Below, in pieces: positions 27,390-37,173 of a DNA stretch of 64,000 nucleotides. The stretch is from contig JAHFFW010000014.1 in the NCBI GenBank assembly GCA_023247725.1, positions 783-64,782 of the forward strand. The letters are read 5' to 3'. The DNA comes from Candidatus Omnitrophota bacterium (GTDB lineage Bacteria > Omnitrophota > Gorgyraeia > Zapsychrales > JAHFFX01). The notes beneath the pieces are model-generated. The model had not been told where the DNA came from. It was given only the letters and a program-made list of their open reading frames with translations, and did not search any database. The translations under genes and the position numbers were made by a program. Positions within the stretch are counted from its first letter, which is position 1; each line of letters begins with the position of its first letter.

Positions 27390-29400
27390 AGAAGAAAATT
27401 TCCGCACATGGAAGGTGCTTTTGATCCTGGGGCTTTTTGGAGTATGTGTTTTTGCCAATACCCTCAATCACCGGTTTAATATCGACGAGTATAATTTTTT
27501 TTTCCAGGATTCGTCATTTCAATCCCCCAAATTTTCTCTTTATCAATGGATCCCCAATTTCCGACAAGTCTACAGACTGGATGAACAAAGACCAGAACTG
27601 TATTATCGTCCGCTCAACCACACCTTGATGATGGCGAGCAAATGGATATTCCAAGACAATACTCGCTTGTATCAGGTATCGAGTATCTTTTTTTGGGTGG
27701 CCGCGGCCGGGATGGTTTATTCTTTATTGAGCGGATGGACTAAAAAAAGGGTGGCTTTTGGGGCGAGCCTTTTTTTTCTGGTTCATCCGATGAATGGTCT
27801 GATGTTGAACAATAAGACCTGCTTTGTTTACTCGGTCATGCTGATCTTTATGTGTGCATCGGCGATCCTGCAAAGGCGCTGGCAAGAGCAAAAAAACATG
27901 GGCTGGCTCGCTGCCAGTCTATTTCTTTATCTTTTGGCCAGCCTGATCCATGAGATGGGACTTTTACTGCCGATCTATCTTATCTTTGTTGAACGCTACG
28001 TCCGCGACTCTTCCTGGCGAAAGTCTTTTTGGGAGATCCGTTATCACGGATTGATCTTCTTCGTGTTTTTCTTATGGCATTTGAGTTTCACCCAGATGAA
28101 AACCGTGGTCTTTGCCAACTGGGGTGGGCCGGGGCTGGCGATCGCCAATGGGATTTTTGCGAGCGCACAAGCCGTGGCCTTGTATGTGGAAAAATTGCTC
28201 GTTCCCATCGGTATTGTGATCAACTGGACCAGAGACGTCACGATGGGGGCTGCCCTTTTGGCCTGGTTGATCGTCGCCGCGGGAGTCGGGGCTTTGATTA
28301 TTCTTCGACGCAAAATTCGTTGGGAAAGAGAAATCCGCCTGTCCTTGGCCTGGCTCGTGACTGGATTCTTCGTCATCATGGTCACGAGCGTCCTTTCCGG
28401 TCACGGACGGATTGTGGTCGAGCCGCACTGGATGCTTTTTCCCTCCCTTGGTTTTTTTCTGCTCGTGGCGCTCGTGATCGACCGAGGGTGGCAGAGCCAC
28501 TTTAAGAAGGCGGTCGTTTTGATTTGTACTGGCTTGTTGCTTTTTTGGAGCGGATTGTCCTTTGTCGCTAATTCCTTCTGGGCTAATCAAAGGATCTTTG
28601 CCGCGTATTGGCTGACCTATTCTCCCCATAATTCTTATTTGTATTTTTTGTTAGCCAGCGGCTATCAGGAAGAGGGGGATTACGCTCGAGCCGAAATTTT
28701 TTATAAGAAGTGTTTAGCGTTGGGGGTCGTTCCGGCGAAGGCGTACGACAATCTGGGGATCATGGCCTTGGATGAAAGAAAATATAAGGAAGCGGAGGAT
28801 TATTTTCAATTGGCGTTGGCAGTGAATCCGAAACAGTCGATATTCTGGAACAATTTAGGGTCGGTGTATTTGGAGACAAGGCGTTTTGAGGAAGCGAAGA
28901 CGGCCTTTGAGCGGGCGATTGAGTTAAATCCCTTGTATTATCTTCCCCGGGCGAATCTGGGGCAGGTGTATCATCAGGAAGGAAAACTCCCAGAAGCTTT
29001 AACTTTTTATGACGAGTATCTGGAGATCACTCCTCGAGATCAGCATATTGTGTTGTTGGCGATGACGGCGGCGTTAGAGAGCAAGGATGGCCAACAAGTC
29101 GAAAAATTTTTTAATCAAGCGAGACAATGGATTGATGATCCGGCGGCATTAACCCAGATAGGGAGTTTATTAGCATCAAAAGGGGATTTTCCCCAGGCCT
29201 TCGCCTTGTATGAGAAAGCCTTACGGCGTAATCCACAGTTTATTCCGGCCTATGTGGAGATGGGCAAGCTCTTGGCTAACCAGGGAGATCTCGACGGGGC
29301 AAGGAGAGTTTGGAGCGCGGCACTTCCCTATAGCAACGACCAAGGGGAATTACTGGATTTGCTGAGAAGGTCTGAGAGAGACAACTATCCTGCTTCGTAA
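27376..29400 (+). CDS. TMTC-like membrane glycosyltransferase with TPRs, paralog 2
   Basis: FNIDE, YYRP, HP motif, TMs, TPRs; collinear with paralog 1. Confidence 0.75.
   Translation: MRIPKEENFRTWKVLLILGLFGVCVFANTLNHRFNIDEYNFFFQDSSFQSPKFSLYQWIPNFRQVYRLDEQRPELYYRPLNHTLMMASKWIFQDNTRLYQVSSIFFWVAAAGMVYSLLSGWTKKRVAFGASLFFLVHPMNGLMLNNKTCFVYSVMLIFMCASAILQRRWQEQKNMGWLAASLFLYLLASLIHEMGLLLPIYLIFVERYVRDSSWRKSFWEIRYHGLIFFVFFLWHLSFTQMKTVVFANWGGPGLAIANGIFASAQAVALYVEKLLVPIGIVINWTRDVTMGAALLAWLIVAAGVGALIILRRKIRWEREIRLSLAWLVTGFFVIMVTSVLSGHGRIVVEPHWMLFPSLGFFLLVALVIDRGWQSHFKKAVVLICTGLLLFWSGLSFVANSFWANQRIFAAYWLTYSPHNSYLYFLLASGYQEEGDYARAEIFYKKCLALGVVPAKAYDNLGIMALDERKYKEAEDYFQLALAVNPKQSIFWNNLGSVYLETRRFEEAKTAFERAIELNPLYYLPRANLGQVYHQEGKLPEALTFYDEYLEITPRDQHIVLLAMTAALESKDGQQVEKFFNQARQWIDDPAALTQIGSLLASKGDFPQAFALYEKALRRNPQFIPAYVEMGKLLANQGDLDGARRVWSAALPYSNDQGELLDLLRRSERDNYPAS
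28751..29072 (+). repeat. 322-bp exact direct repeat, copy 2
   Basis: Identical by eye to 26731-27052. Confidence 0.9.
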
Positions 29401-29468
29401 AACTAATGGACGTCTCAGTTTTGCTTCGCAGGAATAAAAAATTGCGAACCAATCAAATTTTTACCCTG

Positions 29469-29509
29469 GGGGCGTTTCGGCCTTGCGGAAATTAGGGCCG
29501 AAACGCCCC
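29469..29509. terminator. GC-rich hairpin, probable terminator
   Basis: ggggcgtttcggcc / ggccgaaacgcccc 14-bp stem after TPR genes; weak U-tract. Confidence 0.55.
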
Positions 29510-29770
29510 GTCGCTTTGTCTATCCTTTTTTAAGAATACCCCAGACGCAACTATTAAGAAATCTTAATCTGTTTTTAACCTCATTCTAAGGAAAGGTGCG
29601 TTATAAGAGAGAGGTTTTTCATTCCCTCAATTCTTAGAATTCTTTTCATGATAAAACAATTGAAGCCTTCCGATGAGCGTGGCGGCCTAACCCTCGGGAA
29701 GTTCTCTAAAAAAGGTTTTCCTCTCCGTCTTATTTTTCAATCTTTAATCCTTTAATTGTGGAGAAAACGC

Positions 29771-32700
29771 ATGAATCCGGTAACCTTTGTTGATGGCAAT
29801 GGGAAGAATGTGCAAACTTTACCCTCCGAAACACCGCCGGCTCCAGAACGAGTGCCGCTTAAGAAAGATCAATTACGGCAGATCCTCCAGGTCGCCAAGG
29901 CCATCCGGCAGGGAAATTTTTCCGCGCGCTTTCCCGTGGAAGAAGAGGGGATCGCGAGCGAAATCAGCGATGTCCTAAACGACATCCTGGAACTGAACGA
30001 AAATATGATCAAGGAATTCGCTCGGGTTTCGGTCATCGTCGGTCAGGAAGGCAGGCTCCCGGAACGCGCCTCCATTGGCCCGGTCAAAGGCGCCTGGGCG
30101 ACGGGTATGGAAGCCATCAATTCCCTTATCACCAATCTTGTTCAGCCGACGAACGAATTCGCCCGCGTCATCACCTCGGTCGCCAGAGGTGACTTGTCCG
30201 AGAAAATGCCTTTGGAAATCAATGGCCGGCTGCTCAAAGGCGAATATCTGCGCATCGCCACCATTGTCAATTCCATGTTTGACCAGCTGGGATTTTTCTC
30301 GTCGGAAGTTTCCCGTGTGGCCAAGGAAGTCGGTCTGGAAGGAAAATTGGGTGGTCAGGCCGATGTCAAGGGGGTCACGGGTGTCTGGAAGGATTTGACG
30401 GACAACGTTAACCAACTCGCCGGAAACCTCACGAACCAGGTTCGCAACATCGCCAAGGTTACGACCGCGGTTGCCAAAGGTGACTTGTCGCAGAAGATCA
30501 CCGTCGACGCAAAAGGTGAAATCTCCGAACTTAAAAATACCATCAACACCATGGTGGATCAGCTGAACTCCTTCGCGGCAGAAGTCACCCGTGTGGCCAA
30601 GGAAGTCGGTACAGAAGGAAAGCTCGGTGGTCAAGCGGACGTCAAGGGTGTTTCGGGGACGTGGAAAGATTTGACGGACAACGTCAACGTCTTGGCCGGA
30701 AACCTCACGAAACAAGTTCGTGGTATTGTCAAGGTCGTTACCGCGGTCGCCAATGGTGACCTACACCAGAAATTCGTTTTGGAAGCCAAAGGCGAGGTCG
30801 CTGCCCTTGCCGAAACGATCAATAACATGATTGATACCTTGAGTACCTTTGCCGATCAGGTCACCACCGTCGCAAGGGAAGTCGGTATCGAAGGTCAGCT
30901 CGGTGGTCAGGCAAAAGTTCCTGGTGCCTCCGGTGTGTGGAAGGACTTGACCGACAACGTCAACGTTATGGCGAGCAATCTCACCAAACAAGTCCGCGGC
31001 ATCGTCAAGGTCGTTACCGCGGTCGCCAATGGTGACCTGAGCGAAAAATTCGTTTTGGAAGCCAAAGGCGAGGTCGCCGCCCTCGCCGAAACGATTAACA
31101 GTATGACCGATACGCTGAGAACTTTCGCCGATCAGGTCACCACGGTCGCCCGCGAAGTCGGTATCGAAGGAAAACTCGGAGGTCAGGCCAAGGTTCCCGG
31201 GGCCTCCGGTATTTGGAAAGATTTGACGGACAACGTCAACCAGCTCGCTGGAAACTTGACCTCGCAGGTTCGCGCCATCGCCGAGGTTTCGACCGCCGTT
31301 ACCAAAGGTGACCTCACGCGTTCCATCACCGTTCAGGCGCAAGGAGAAGTCGCGGCCTTGAAAGACAACATCAATCAGATGATCGCGAATCTTAAGGACA
31401 CGACGCAGAAAAATATGGAACAGGACTGGTTGAAAACGAACCTCGCTCGCTTCTCCAGTATGATGCAGGGGCAAAGGAATCTGACCGCCGTCGCTCAGCT
31501 CATCATGTCAGAACTGACGCCTTTGCTCGACGCGCAGCACGGAACATTCTTCGTCGCAGCCCAAGAAGAAGGGGAAGTCACCTTGAATTTGATTGCCAGC
31601 TACGCCTTTACCGAGCGCAAGCATTTGTCCAACCGTTACCGTTTAAAGGAAAGCCTCGTCGGACAATGCGCCTTTGAGAAGAAGCGCATTTTGATTACGG
31701 AAACGCCGGGCGATTATATTTCCATCACCTCAGGTTTGGGTGAGTCGAAGCCCAAAAATATTCTTCTTCTGCCGGTTGTTTTCGAAGGGGATTTAAAGGC
31801 CGTCATCGAGCTCGCTTCGTTCAAACCGTTTAGCGCCAACTACCTGAACTTCCTTGACCAGCTCATGGACAGCGTCGGCGTTATCCTCAACATGATTTCC
31901 TCGACCATGAGAACCGAGGAACTTCTGCAAGAGGTCAAGCGTTCCAACGCCGAGCTCGAAGCCCAGGCCAAGGAACTCGAAGAGAAGGCCAAACTCCTCG
32001 AGTTGAAAAACAAGGAAGTTGAAATGGCCAGTTTGTCTTTGGAAGAGAAGGCTGAGCAGCTTTCCCTCATTTCTAAATACAAATCGGAATTTTTGGCCAA
32101 TATGTCGCACGAACTGCGCACCCCCTTAAACAGTTTGCTCATCCTTTCAAAAACACTGGCGGAAAATAAAGAAGATAACCTCAATCCCGAACAGGTCAAA
32201 TATGCCGCCACCGTTCACTCGACGGGCCAGGACCTTTTGACCCTCATCAATGAAATCCTCGATCTATCCAAGGTTGAAGCCGGAAAGATGTCCATCGAGC
32301 CGCAAGAAATCAAATTGCCGCAGATCTATGAATACCTGGAGCAGAATTTTCGGCCCCTGGCGGAACACAAGAATCTGGAATTTAAGATTAGCGAGGATCA
32401 GAATCTGCCCGATACCATTTTTACCGACAACAGCCGCTTGCAGCAGATCCTTAAGAATCTGTTGTCCAACGCCATTAAATTCACCGAAAAAGGAAGGGTT
32501 GTCCTGCAAATCAAGCTCGCCGAGAAGGGAAAAAAATTCGGCATCGAAAATCTGGACAAGAGCCCGAATGTGTTTGCCTTTTCCATCACCGATACCGGCA
32601 TCGGTATTCCTAAGGAAAAGCAAAAAATTATTTTCGAAGCCTTCCAGCAGGCAGATGGCACGACCAGCCGCAAGTATGGCGGAACGGGCCTGGGTCTGAC

Positions 32701-33259
32701 CATCAGCCGGGAAATCACACGTCTGTTGGGCGGTATGATTGAGGTGGACAGCATTCCGGAACAAGGCAGTACCTTTACGCTTTATTTGCCGGAGCGATAT
32801 ATGGGTGCGGAGGCGATCAAGGAAAAAGTTGAGTTTGAAACCATCATTCCCCCCTTACCCGATGACGCTGATTTCAAAGGCAAGAAGATCCTGATTGTCG
32901 ACGACGATCGGCGCAACCTCTACGCCTTGACCAGCATCCTGTCGCCAAAGGGGATGAATGTTTTTCACGCCGAGAATGGCAAGATCGGAATCCGGCGCTT
33001 GCTGGAACATCCCGATGTGGATCTGGTCTTGATGGATATCATGATGCCAGAGATGAATGGATTCGATGCCATCAAGGCCATCCGCAAGATGCCAAAATTT
33101 ATCTCGCTGCCGATTCTTTCCTTAACGGCCAAGGCGATGAAGGGAGACCGGGAGCAGTGCCTGGCCGCGGGGGCCTCCGATTATATTACGAAGCCAGTTG
33201 ATTCGGACCGGTTGCTGGCCTTGATTTACGCCTGGTTAAACAAATACAGCCTCAAATAA
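29771..33259 (+). CDS. Cytoplasmic poly-HAMP-GAF hybrid histidine kinase with C-terminal receiver (OsaA/NIK1-like)
   Basis: About 92-aa repeats ([24 protein letters not shown]), [26 protein letters not shown] with DIMMP. Confidence 0.92.
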   Translation: MNPVTFVDGNGKNVQTLPSETPPAPERVPLKKDQLRQILQVAKAIRQGNFSARFPVEEEGIASEISDVLNDILELNENMIKEFARVSVIVGQEGRLPERASIGPVKGAWATGMEAINSLITNLVQPTNEFARVITSVARGDLSEKMPLEINGRLLKGEYLRIATIVNSMFDQLGFFSSEVSRVAKEVGLEGKLGGQADVKGVTGVWKDLTDNVNQLAGNLTNQVRNIAKVTTAVAKGDLSQKITVDAKGEISELKNTINTMVDQLNSFAAEVTRVAKEVGTEGKLGGQADVKGVSGTWKDLTDNVNVLAGNLTKQVRGIVKVVTAVANGDLHQKFVLEAKGEVAALAETINNMIDTLSTFADQVTTVAREVGIEGQLGGQAKVPGASGVWKDLTDNVNVMASNLTKQVRGIVKVVTAVANGDLSEKFVLEAKGEVAALAETINSMTDTLRTFADQVTTVAREVGIEGKLGGQAKVPGASGIWKDLTDNVNQLAGNLTSQVRAIAEVSTAVTKGDLTRSITVQAQGEVAALKDNINQMIANLKDTTQKNMEQDWLKTNLARFSSMMQGQRNLTAVAQLIMSELTPLLDAQHGTFFVAAQEEGEVTLNLIASYAFTERKHLSNRYRLKESLVGQCAFEKKRILITETPGDYISITSGLGESKPKNILLLPVVFEGDLKAVIELASFKPFSANYLNFLDQLMDSVGVILNMISSTMRTEELLQEVKRSNAELEAQAKELEEKAKLLELKNKEVEMASLSLEEKAEQLSLISKYKSEFLANMSHELRTPLNSLLILSKTLAENKEDNLNPEQVKYAATVHSTGQDLLTLINEILDLSKVEAGKMSIEPQEIKLPQIYEYLEQNFRPLAEHKNLEFKISEDQNLPDTIFTDNSRLQQILKNLLSNAIKFTEKGRVVLQIKLAEKGKKFGIENLDKSPNVFAFSITDTGIGIPKEKQKIIFEAFQQADGTTSRKYGGTGLGLTISREITRLLGGMIEVDSIPEQGSTFTLYLPERYMGAEAIKEKVEFETIIPPLPDDADFKGKKILIVDDDRRNLYALTSILSPKGMNVFHAENGKIGIRRLLEHPDVDLVLMDIMMPEMNGFDAIKAIRKMPKFISLPILSLTAKAMKGDREQCLAAGASDYITKPVDSDRLLALIYAWLNKYSLK

Positions 33260-33262
33260 AAT

Positions 33263-33682
33263 ATGATCACAACCGCCGTTGAACCACACGTGGCGACCAA
33301 GACTCATGTTTTGGTCGTCGATGACCGGCCGGAGGGACTATTGGCGTTGGAGGCCGTTCTAGGAAGTGAAAACCTCACGCTCATAAAGGCCAATTCCGGA
33401 CGGGAGGCGCTGGACCTGGCTCTTGATCATGATTTCGCCGTTATTCTCCTCGATGTGCAGATGCCGGACATGGATGGTTTTGAGACCGCCCACCGGATCC
33501 GCCAAAACAGCCGCTCCAAAGAAACCCCGATCATTTTCATCACGGCCATCAACAAAGAAATCCGCCACATCAACAAGGGTTATGAGGCGGGTGCCGTGGA
33601 TTATATCTTCAAACCCTTTGAACCGTTTATCCTCAAGGCCAAGGTTGATATTTTTGTGGAGTTGTTTAATCTCTTCGGGTAA
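33263..33682 (+). CDS. Response regulator, receiver domain only (OsaB-like, possibly truncated)
   Basis: LVVDD, LLDVQMP, KP; stop codon abuts IS200 left end. Confidence 0.85.
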   Translation: MITTAVEPHVATKTHVLVVDDRPEGLLALEAVLGSENLTLIKANSGREALDLALDHDFAVILLDVQMPDMDGFETAHRIRQNSRSKETPIIFITAINKEIRHINKGYEAGAVDYIFKPFEPFILKAKVDIFVELFNLFG

Positions 33683-33684
33683 AT

Positions 33685-34203
33685 TCCCCGCAGCTTGCTG
33701 CGTACGAAGATGGTATATTGTGTGAGTGAGCAAGTACATCCATAAGAGTCATAATGTATCGGTGTTGATCTACCATGTGGTGTGTCCGGCGAAGTATCGA
33801 AGAGTAGTGTTTAGCAAAGGAGTGGATGAGAAGATCAAAGAAGTGTGCCTGGAGATTAGCAAGAGGTATGAAGTTATCTTTTTGGAAATAGGAGTGGATA
33901 AGGATCATGTACATTTTCTGATACAGTCTGTGCCGATGTATAGTCCGAAGAAGATTGTTCAAATGATAAAGAGTATAACAGCCAGAGAGATATTTAGGAT
34001 GTGTCCAGAAGTCAAAAAGCAGCTGTGGGGAGGAGAATTTTGGACAGACGGGTATTTTGTGAATACGGTAGGTCAGCATGGGAACGAGTCTACGGTTCAA
34101 AAGTATATTCAGGAGCAAGGGAAAGAGAAAGAATATCAAAAAATATATCAACAACATTAACGCTTTTCTAATACCCCGTCAGCTTGCTGCGGGGTAGTTT
34201 ATT
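33685..34203 (+). mobile_element. IS200-family insertion sequence (tnpA only)
   Basis: Subterminal hairpins cgcagcttgctgcg (left) and taccccgtcagcttgctgcggggta (right) around Y1 transposase; AT-rich. Confidence 0.9.
33726..34160 (+). CDS. tnpA: IS200/IS605 Y1 (HUH) transposase
   Basis: YHVVCPAKYRR, DHVH (HUH), LWGGEFWTDGYF, catalytic Y in QKYIQEQ. Confidence 0.95.
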   Translation: MSKYIHKSHNVSVLIYHVVCPAKYRRVVFSKGVDEKIKEVCLEISKRYEVIFLEIGVDKDHVHFLIQSVPMYSPKKIVQMIKSITAREIFRMCPEVKKQLWGGEFWTDGYFVNTVGQHGNESTVQKYIQEQGKEKEYQKIYQQH

Positions 34204-34266
34204 TTAATCGGTTACCTGCATAATAATAAAACAAAAGCTGAGATTTCATCAGGATCGGAGAGATTT

Positions 34267-34959
34267 ATGGAAAACATTCATAATGTGACGATTGTCTCGC
34301 GCAACTTTGGAATTTTTTCGGATCGGATGGAAGCCGGACGATTCCTGGCGGACGAATTGAAATTTTATAAAGACAGCCAGGCCGTCGTGCTGGGAATTCC
34401 CCGGGGAGGAGTCGTTATTGCCGCCGAGATTGCCCGGGGTTTGCTCCTTCCATTGGATATGATATTTTCCCGGAAGATTGGCGCGCCGGGTCATCCTGAA
34501 TATGCCATTGGGGCCATGAGTGAAGACGGGGAAGTGTACCTCAATGACGAGGCGATTGCCCAATGGCAGATTGGTCAGGACTACATTATTGGCCGACAAA
34601 ATCGGCAGCGGCTTGAGATTCAGCGTCTCTCGTCTTTATTCCGGCAGTTTTATCCGAAGGTGCCGGTGGAAAATCGGATTGTCATCCTCACCGATGATGG
34701 GGTGGCGACCGGCGCGACCATGCAGGCCGCGCTTTGGTCGCTCATTCATGAACATCCCCACCGGACGGTCGTTGCCTTGCCGGTGGGAACCGAACAGGCC
34801 CTCACCGAATTAGCGAAAGACGCCGATGAGGTCATCTGCTTGAACGTTCCGGAATCATTTTCCGGTGTGGGGCAGTTTTATCAAAACTTTGCGCAAGTCA
34901 GCGATGAGGACGTTGCCTCGATCCTTAGGTCTGCCTCTAGAAAAGGGAAGCAAGCATGA
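34267..34959 (+). CDS. Phosphoribosyltransferase-family protein
   Basis: FSDRMEAGR, GIPRGGV, RKIGAPGHPEYAIGA, TDDGVATGAT. Confidence 0.9.
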   Translation: MENIHNVTIVSRNFGIFSDRMEAGRFLADELKFYKDSQAVVLGIPRGGVVIAAEIARGLLLPLDMIFSRKIGAPGHPEYAIGAMSEDGEVYLNDEAIAQWQIGQDYIIGRQNRQRLEIQRLSSLFRQFYPKVPVENRIVILTDDGVATGATMQAALWSLIHEHPHRTVVALPVGTEQALTELAKDADEVICLNVPESFSGVGQFYQNFAQVSDEDVASILRSASRKGKQA

Positions 34960-35430
34960 TGAACATCAAACAATGCCTCGGGAATGATTTTAGCAAATAC
35001 CGAATTTTTGCCCTGACCAATAACGAACAAGGACAGGTGAATGTCGATCCCTCGACTCGTACCTCGGCCATGGCCGGGGGCCCTTCGCTCGGGATGGAAC
35101 CCAATCATAAGAAATCACGCGAGCAAATCCCCAAAGGGCAAGAAGAAGGTACCACGCCCGCCTGCCGACGAGGCAGGGGCATGCCCGTGGGGTTCCATTA
35201 TGTTAAGGAAGTCTATTTTCTCGACAAGGATAGCCGACGAAAAAGGGGAGCTTTTGCACGCCGAGGTCGAATCCGTTCGAGAATTGGAAATCCTGGATGG
35301 GATTGCCCCCATCGAGCCGAATCTGGAGATTGCTTCGACCAAACGCAAATTGACCCTGAGGGTATCTGCCATCGAGGAAATCGCTTCTTGTATCCATAAA
35401 GTTTTGGAGACTGCCAATGGCTCGCATTGA
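34956..35430 (+). pseudogene. Hypothetical gene with in-frame family-1 insertion and apparent frameshift near 35230
   Basis: N-terminal frame ...GQVNVD[insert]YVKEVYFLDKD continues plausibly in another frame as ADEKGELLHAEVESVRELEILDG... Confidence 0.5.
35049..35198 (+). mobile_element. 150-bp palindromic mini-element, family 1 copy 2 (in frame)
   Basis: Near-identical to 5247-5396, same reading frame and peptide. Confidence 0.92.
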
Positions 35431-35492
35431 CCATGAAAACGATCTTGAGATTCATTTAAAAAGGAATTTCCCAATAGAAGGAGGTTCAAAGA

Positions 35493-35891
35493 ATGAAAAC
35501 CATATTAATTGTCTTATGAGGACTGGTCTTCGGTTATACGGTCGGAAGTATGGCGGTGGAGCAAACTGGCTATGAGGGCAGTCAACCCGGAAGTTATCAG
35601 CAGCCGGCAACCATCACGCCCCAACCAAACCCGGCGGATAAAAATCAGCAATACCCGTCGGTGGTTCTAGAATCGCCGGATACCTTGATCCGGGGCAAAA
35701 TTATTTCGGCTGATCCGCAGCAAAAGAAATTTAAGCTGATCGAATTTGCCAGCGGTTACGAACGGTTGTTCAAGGTAATGGATTCGAATCTTCTCAAAGA
35801 CGTTAAAAAAGGGGATTCCGTCCGGGTCACGCCGGATGTCGATGACCCCAATATCGCCCGGGATGTTAAAAGAGAGCCGATGAATCGTTAG
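35493..35891 (+). pseudogene. Exported OB-fold-like protein with nonsense codon in signal peptide
   Basis: AGGAGG RBS, MKTILIVL*GLVFGYTVGSMAVEQ... with in-frame TGA at codon 9. Confidence 0.6.
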
Positions 35892-35907
35892 AGATAAAGG
35901 AGACCCC

Positions 35908-36069
35908 ATGTGTCGCGAAGAGTTGGAAAAGAATTTTAAAGAAAAACAAAAGGCCGAAGCCGATCAGGAGCTTGAGGAAGACCTGATGCGTTCCGAGAAC
36001 GAAGGTTATTCCATCATGTACGAATCGGAAAAGAAAAAGGAAGCAGAGAAACTGTCGGCCCATCGATAG
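35908..36069 (+). CDS. Small charged hypothetical protein (53 aa)
   Basis: AAGGAG RBS; MCREELEKNFKEKQKAEADQELEEDLMRSENEGY... Confidence 0.55.
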   Translation: MCREELEKNFKEKQKAEADQELEEDLMRSENEGYSIMYESEKKKEAEKLSAHR

Positions 36070-36140
36070 CTATCTGAGGGTCGCGGCTTTGTGACCCCGA
36101 CGATAAAGACTTCCGGCGGGGTCATTGAGTGAAAAAGAAG

Positions 36141-36270
36141 GAATGACCAAATCTCAAGGCCCCAAATTCCAAACATGGTTATTGGTGCTTTTGGGAATTG
36201 GTTAACGAAATGGGCAATCCGGTCATCCGGAGATCCGGGTCATCATTTCCGGATGACCGGATAACCTGTA
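36141..36270. repeat. Two adjacent inverted short-tandem-repeat spacers (CCAAAT-type and CCGGTNAT-type)
   Basis: ccaaat..ccaaat.ccaaac / ttggt..ttggg..ttggt; atccggtcatccggagatccgg / ccggatgaccggataacc. Confidence 0.6.
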
Positions 36271-36414
36271 ATTTATTTTCATTTTAACCAAGATTGTCAC
36301 CGGACTTTTGGAAAACTCCAATGCCTTAGTTGCCGATGGAATTGAATCAGCCACAGGTTCGAATCATTCCGGCATTCCTCATCTCATGTCCTTCCCGTAG
36401 TGCTCCTAAGATTC

Positions 36415-36443
36415 TAGACAGCCTGCCCAAATGGGTTTAAAAT
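36415..36443 (+). promoter_or_regulatory. Sigma70-type promoter of TCS operon
   Basis: TAGACA-N17-TAAAAT. Confidence 0.55.
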
Positions 36444-36496
36444 CATTGACGATTTTTCTGACCGAACCATTTTAAGGATTTTTTCAAGGAAGCGCG

Positions 36497-37171
36497 ATGC
36501 GGATCCTGGTTGTCGAAGACGAAAAGAAACTGGCCACGTTTCTCAAGCGGGCGCTCAAAGAAAAAGGTTATGCGGTCGATGTGGCGCATGATGGGGCTGA
36601 GGGTCTGTTTCTCGCCCAGGAAAATCCTTATGATTTGATTATTCTCGATATCATGCTGCCGGAAAAAAATGGATTGGCCGTTTGCCAGGAATTACGTAAA
36701 GAGGAAAAGGCCGTTCCGATTCTTATGCTCACGGCTCGCGATGATGTCGAGGACAAAATCTCCGGGCTTGATTCCGGGGCGGATGATTATCTGACCAAAC
36801 CTTTTTCCTACGGGGAATTCTTGGCGCGGGTCAGAGCCCTTATCCGACGTCATCGGGATCGCAAAACCCCGGTCCTTCGCGTAGCTGACCTGGAATTGAA
36901 TCAGCTCACCCACAAGGCCCAGCGCGCAGGAAAAGACATCGAATTGACCTCCACCGAGTATGCGCTTTTAGAATATTTGCTGCTCAATGCCAATCAAATC
37001 GTGACAAGGACGATGATTTCCGAACACGTCTGGAACGATCAATTTGACAGCTACTCGAACGTCATTAACGTCTACCTGAATTATTTGCGTAAAAAAGTAG
37101 ACGAAGGTTTCGACCAGAAGCTGATTCATTCGGTGCGCGGAAGCGGATACATTTTGAAAGAGCCTTCATAA
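36497..37171 (+). CDS. OmpR-family response regulator (CusR/CzcR-like)
   Basis: [25 protein letters not shown], winged helix SVRGSGY. Confidence 0.93.
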   Translation: MRILVVEDEKKLATFLKRALKEKGYAVDVAHDGAEGLFLAQENPYDLIILDIMLPEKNGLAVCQELRKEEKAVPILMLTARDDVEDKISGLDSGADDYLTKPFSYGEFLARVRALIRRHRDRKTPVLRVADLELNQLTHKAQRAGKDIELTSTEYALLEYLLLNANQIVTRTMISEHVWNDQFDSYSNVINVYLNYLRKKVDEGFDQKLIHSVRGSGYILKEPS

Positions 37172-37173
37172 TC

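Noticed and set aside
26731-29072. Identical repeat pair plus an Avd-like remnant as a diversity-generating retroelement TR/VR
   Set aside because: Copies are identical with no adenine-specific mismatches, both lie within TPR coding sequence, and no reverse transcriptase is in the window.
30300-31390. About 276-bp internal nucleotide repeats
   Set aside because: Explained by the known poly-HAMP repeats of this kinase family.
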